NCBI GenBank assembly: GCA_965203515.1
Contig: OZ241907.1
Span: forward strand, 3,968,001-4,032,000
Source of the DNA: Spirochaetia bacterium
GTDB lineage: Bacteria > Spirochaetota > Spirochaetia > SZUA-6 > Bin103
Reading direction: 5' to 3'
Length of the DNA stretch: 64,000 nucleotides
Made by a program: the position numbers and the translations under genes
Notes under the pieces: generated by a model
Database searches by the model: none
What the model was told of the DNA's origin: nothing
What the model saw: only the letters and a program-made list of their open reading frames with translations
Shown: piece by piece, positions 61,010 to 64,000 of the stretch
Numbering within the stretch: position 1 is the stretch's first letter
How the letters are laid out: the number at the start of each line of letters is the position of its first letter

Positions 61010-62002
61010 ATGGCCATCCATCAGCCCCACGACCATCTGTTCAAGCGCGTGTTCGGCGTCCCGGCGGACGCCGCCTCATTCCTGCAAGCCCGGCTGCCCG
61101 CGCGGCTCAGCCGCGCCCTGCGCTGGCCCACGCTCAAGCGACGCCCCGACTCCTCCGTCACTCCCGACCTCCGCGGCGCCGCTTCCGACCTGCTGTTCGA
61201 GATCGGTTACGCCGCACCCGGCGCCGCGCACGCCCCGCTCTGGCTCTACCTGCTGTTCGAGCACCAGTCCACCCCGGACCACTGGCTGCGCCTGCGCCTG
61301 CTCCACTACTGCTGCCGCATCTGGGATCTCGACCGCCAGGACCACAAGGATGCCGGCTACCTGCGCCCGATCCTGCCGCTGGTCTTCTATCAGGGTCCCA
61401 CCGGCTGGCGGCACTCCCCGCAGTTCGCCGACCTGTTTCCCGCCGCGACGCGGGACTGGCCATGGCTGCCCCGGTTCGAGCACCTGCTGTTCGATCAGAC
61501 TCAGATGTCGCCGGCGCAGGCGGCCGGCAGCGTCCGGGCGCGGTTGCTGCAACTGACGATGATGCACGCCTTCAACCGCGCGGTGCGGGAGGCGCGGGCG
61601 CGGATGCGGCCGCTGCTGGACGACTTGGGGCGGGAAGGGAGCGGCGGTCAGGACGACATGGAGATGTTTATGGGGTATATCATGGAGACGGGACCTGAGG
61701 ACACGCCCGAGGCGATGGGCGAGCTACTGAGCCGCACGGCGGCGGGAGGCGAGTTGATGACGAGCGGCGAGCGGCTGCGTCAGGAAGGGCGCGACGAGAT
61801 GCGTGCGATTGCCGAACAGCGGCACCGCGAGGGCCGGCTCGAAGGCCAGCGCGAGGGCCAGTTGAAGACGATCGACGGTCTCCTGCGGACCGGCGTCGAC
61901 TGGTCGTTGATCGAGCGGGCGACCGGGATCGGCGAGCAGGAGTACCGCCAGCTCAGGAGCCAACCCGACGGCGCGGCGGCGGCAGGCGGCGACCGGACCT
62001 GA
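61010..62002 (+). CDS. Rpn/YhgA-like recombination-promoting nuclease (PD-(D/E)XK)
   Basis: HQPHDHLFKRVF, SDLLF, LFEHQSTPD, PLVFYQG, C-terminal MTSGERLRQEGR..EGRLEGQREG. Confidence 0.9.
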   Translation: MAIHQPHDHLFKRVFGVPADAASFLQARLPARLSRALRWPTLKRRPDSSVTPDLRGAASDLLFEIGYAAPGAAHAPLWLYLLFEHQSTPDHWLRLRLLHYCCRIWDLDRQDHKDAGYLRPILPLVFYQGPTGWRHSPQFADLFPAATRDWPWLPRFEHLLFDQTQMSPAQAAGSVRARLLQLTMMHAFNRAVREARARMRPLLDDLGREGSGGQDDMEMFMGYIMETGPEDTPEAMGELLSRTAAGGELMTSGERLRQEGRDEMRAIAEQRHREGRLEGQREGQLKTIDGLLRTGVDWSLIERATGIGEQEYRQLRSQPDGAAAAGGDRT

Positions 62003-62015
62003 CGACACCTTCCGT

Positions 62016-62393
62016 GGCGAAGGCCAGCTCTGGAGCGCGGAGTTCCCGGTCGGACCGACCGCGCAACGCTATCGGGAGGCGCTCGCCGCGATCCGCTCCG
62101 GCGCCTGGGGAGCGCCGGTCGCGCGCGCGGCGGAGGACCTGCGGGAGCGGTTCTTCCTGCATGTGATCCCGGCGGCCGCGGAGGACCTTGTCGCGCAGGA
62201 CCGGCCGCACGGCTTCGAGAACGTCGGCTTCGACTTTCGGGAATACGGGGCGCTGCTCGGCGCGGCGTGCGTGGCGCTGGCGCCGTTGCCGGAGTACGCG
62301 ATCGCCGGCGTCCGTACCGGTCAGTTCATCAGCGGGCAGGGCCAGTTCTGGAGCGCGGAGATTGCGGCGCCGGCCGCGGCGCAGGGGCCGTAA
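62016..62393 (+). pseudogene. orphan copy of the repeat-domain end, linker and a second domain (57-bp internal deletion)
   Basis: GEGQLWSAEFPVGPTAQRYREALAAIRSGAWGAPVARA/AEDLRERFFLHV..RTGQFISGQGQFWSAEI; paralogous to 60411-60821; no upstream enzyme body. Confidence 0.75.
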
Positions 62394-62482
62394 GGAGTAA
62401 GGCCGGCGGATGAACGGATGATAGCGGCGCGCCGTTCGGCTATCATGGCCGGACCGTGACCGCGCCGCACCGAGACGCGCCC

Positions 62483-64000
62483 GTGACGCGCAGGAAGCTG
62501 CCGATCGGCATCCAGACCTTCCGCGAGATCCGCGAGGACGACTGCTATTACGTCGACAAGACCGCCTTCATCCTCCGCTTGACGCGGGAGGGAAAGCACT
62601 ACTTCCTGTCGCGCCCGCGGCGCTTCGGCAAGAGCCTGCTGCTCGATACCATCAAGGAACTGTTCGAGGGCAGCGAGGAACTGTTCCGCGGCCTGCACGT
62701 GCACGACCACTGGGAGTGGTCCAGGCGCCGCCCGGTGGTGCGCCTCGACTTCGGCGCCGGCGACTACCGCGAGCCGGCCCTGCTGGAAGCCAGCGTCATG
62801 GAGCAGCTCGCCGCCATCGAGCGGCGCGCCGGAATCGCCGCCGAGTACCGCACGGCGCCGGGTCGGCTGGCGTACCTGCTGGAAGCGTTGCACGACCGAT
62901 CCGGGCAACGGGTGGCGTTCCTGGTCGACGAGTACGACAAGCCGATCCTGGACGTGCTGGAACACAAGGAGACGGCGCGCGCCAACCGCAGCTACCTGCG
63001 CGGGCTGTACGCGACCATCAAGACCTGCGACGCGCACGTCGAGTTCACGCTGCTGACCGGGGTAAGCAAGTTCTCCAAGGTCAGTGTCTTCTCCGGCCTC
63101 AACAACCTGATCGACATCACCCTGGAACCGGAGTTCTCGGCGATCTGCGGCTACACCGAGGCCGACCTGGACACGGTGTTCGCGGCGGAGCTGCCGGGCC
63201 TGGACCGGGATGAGATCCGCGACTGGTACAACGGCTATAACTGGCTGGGCGAGGAGCGGGTCTACAACCCGTTCGACATCCTGCTGCTGTTCCGCCGGCG
63301 CACGTTCGCGGCGCACTGGTTCGAGACCGGCACGCCGGCGTTTCTGATCGACACGCTGATCGAACGCGGCGTCACCGCGCCGGAGCTGGACGGGATGCTG
63401 GCCGGCGGCGAGCTGCTGTCCGCGTTCGACGTGGACGAGATGGAGCCGGAGGCGCTGCTGTTCCAGACCGGCTACCTGACCATCCACAGCGCCGAGCACT
63501 CGGCGCGCGGACCGCGCTACCGGCTCGGCTATCCCAACCGCGAGGTGCGGCTCGCTCTGAACGAACGCCTGCTGCGGGCGCTGGCGCCCGCCGCGGCTCG
63601 CCGGCTGGCGCAGGACACGGCGTTGGAGCGGCTGCTGGCGGCGAACGACTTCGCCGGGTTGGAGCGGCTGTTCCGGGCGTTCTTCGCCGGCATCCCGTAT
63701 GAGTGGCACACCCGCAACGACATCGCGCGCTACGAGGGCTACTACGCGAGCGTCTGCTACTCCTGGTTCGCGGCGGTGGGACTGGACGTCACGGTGGAGG
63801 ACTCGAGCAGCCGCGGGCGAGTCGATCTGGCGGTGCGGTACCGGGGCAACGTCTATCTGTTCGAGTTCAAGGTGGTGGAGCTGGCGCCCGAAGGGGCGGC
63901 GCTGGCGCAGTTGCAGGCGCGCGGCTACGCGGAGAAGTACCGCGCCCTGGGCGAACCGATCCACCTGCTCGGCGTGGAGTTCAGCCGCGAGACGCGCACC
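62483..64000 (+). CDS. AAA-ATPase-like plus PD-(D/E)XK nuclease protein (3'-truncated by the window)
   Basis: KLPIGIQTFREIR..YYVDKT, SRPRRFGKS, LVDEYDKP, SGLNN, WYNGY, GRVDL..FEFK..ALAQ..Y; absent from the ORF track because there is no stop in the window. Confidence 0.9.
   Translation, partial: MTRRKLPIGIQTFREIREDDCYYVDKTAFILRLTREGKHYFLSRPRRFGKSLLLDTIKELFEGSEELFRGLHVHDHWEWSRRRPVVRLDFGAGDYREPALLEASVMEQLAAIERRAGIAAEYRTAPGRLAYLLEALHDRSGQRVAFLVDEYDKPILDVLEHKETARANRSYLRGLYATIKTCDAHVEFTLLTGVSKFSKVSVFSGLNNLIDITLEPEFSAICGYTEADLDTVFAAELPGLDRDEIRDWYNGYNWLGEERVYNPFDILLLFRRRTFAAHWFETGTPAFLIDTLIERGVTAPELDGMLAGGELLSAFDVDEMEPEALLFQTGYLTIHSAEHSARGPRYRLGYPNREVRLALNERLLRALAPAAARRLAQDTALERLLAANDFAGLERLFRAFFAGIPYEWHTRNDIARYEGYYASVCYSWFAAVGLDVTVEDSSSRGRVDLAVRYRGNVYLFEFKVVELAPEGAALAQLQARGYAEKYRALGEPIHLLGVEFSRETRT

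Noticed and set aside
48234..62393. Diversity-generating retroelement (template/variable repeat pairs)
   Set aside because: No reverse transcriptase in the window, and differences between copies are not adenine-specific (many C/G/T changes and indels)
46200..62393. Shufflon or integron cassette array
   Set aside because: All domain copies are in direct orientation, no adjacent invertase/integrase or attC-like palindromes were seen, and xerC/xerD sit in housekeeping context

Overview
High-GC bacterial chromosome segment. The gene order (mraZ-rsmH-ftsL-murF-ftsW-ftsQ-ftsA-ftsZ-xerD-dprA-xerC-hslVU followed by flagellar genes, and degT-nadK-recN) and the FliF/FlhA sequence style point to a spirochaete (inference). 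About 1-46 kb is housekeeping: tRNA-Cys, an acyl-CoA ligase, a 2-oxoacid dehydrogenase E1a/E1b/E2 operon, birA, groEL, yajC-secDF, tRNA-Ile, the dcw cluster, Xer recombinases, hslVU, a PBP and two LysM-M23 peptidases. The most striking feature lies at 34.1-42.0 kb. Where spirochaetes normally carry the large flgB...flhG flagellar region, only fliF, fliO, fliP, fliQ, fliR, flhB, flhA and a sigma-28 factor remain. They are uninterrupted and tightly packed but trimmed: FliF appears to lack its beta-collar, FlhB stops just before the NPTH autocleavage domain, and the FliP Met-gasket is substituted. This suggests a minimal flagellum-derived export system rather than a motility organelle. About 46-64 kb is an accessory surface-glycan/sulfation locus (two GT-C, two GT2, a sulfotransferase, a UbiA-family phosphoribosyltransferase and an arylsulfotransferase). 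Several of these enzymes share an unrecognised ~100-aa two-Cys C-terminal domain. Copies and fragments of that domain flank inserted defence/selfish genes (PIN toxin module, HNH, Rpn, AAA-PD-(D/E)XK). A 15x7-bp repeat puts the arylsulfotransferase signal peptide out of frame, consistent with phase variation. All calls come from reading the sequence; no database searches were run.
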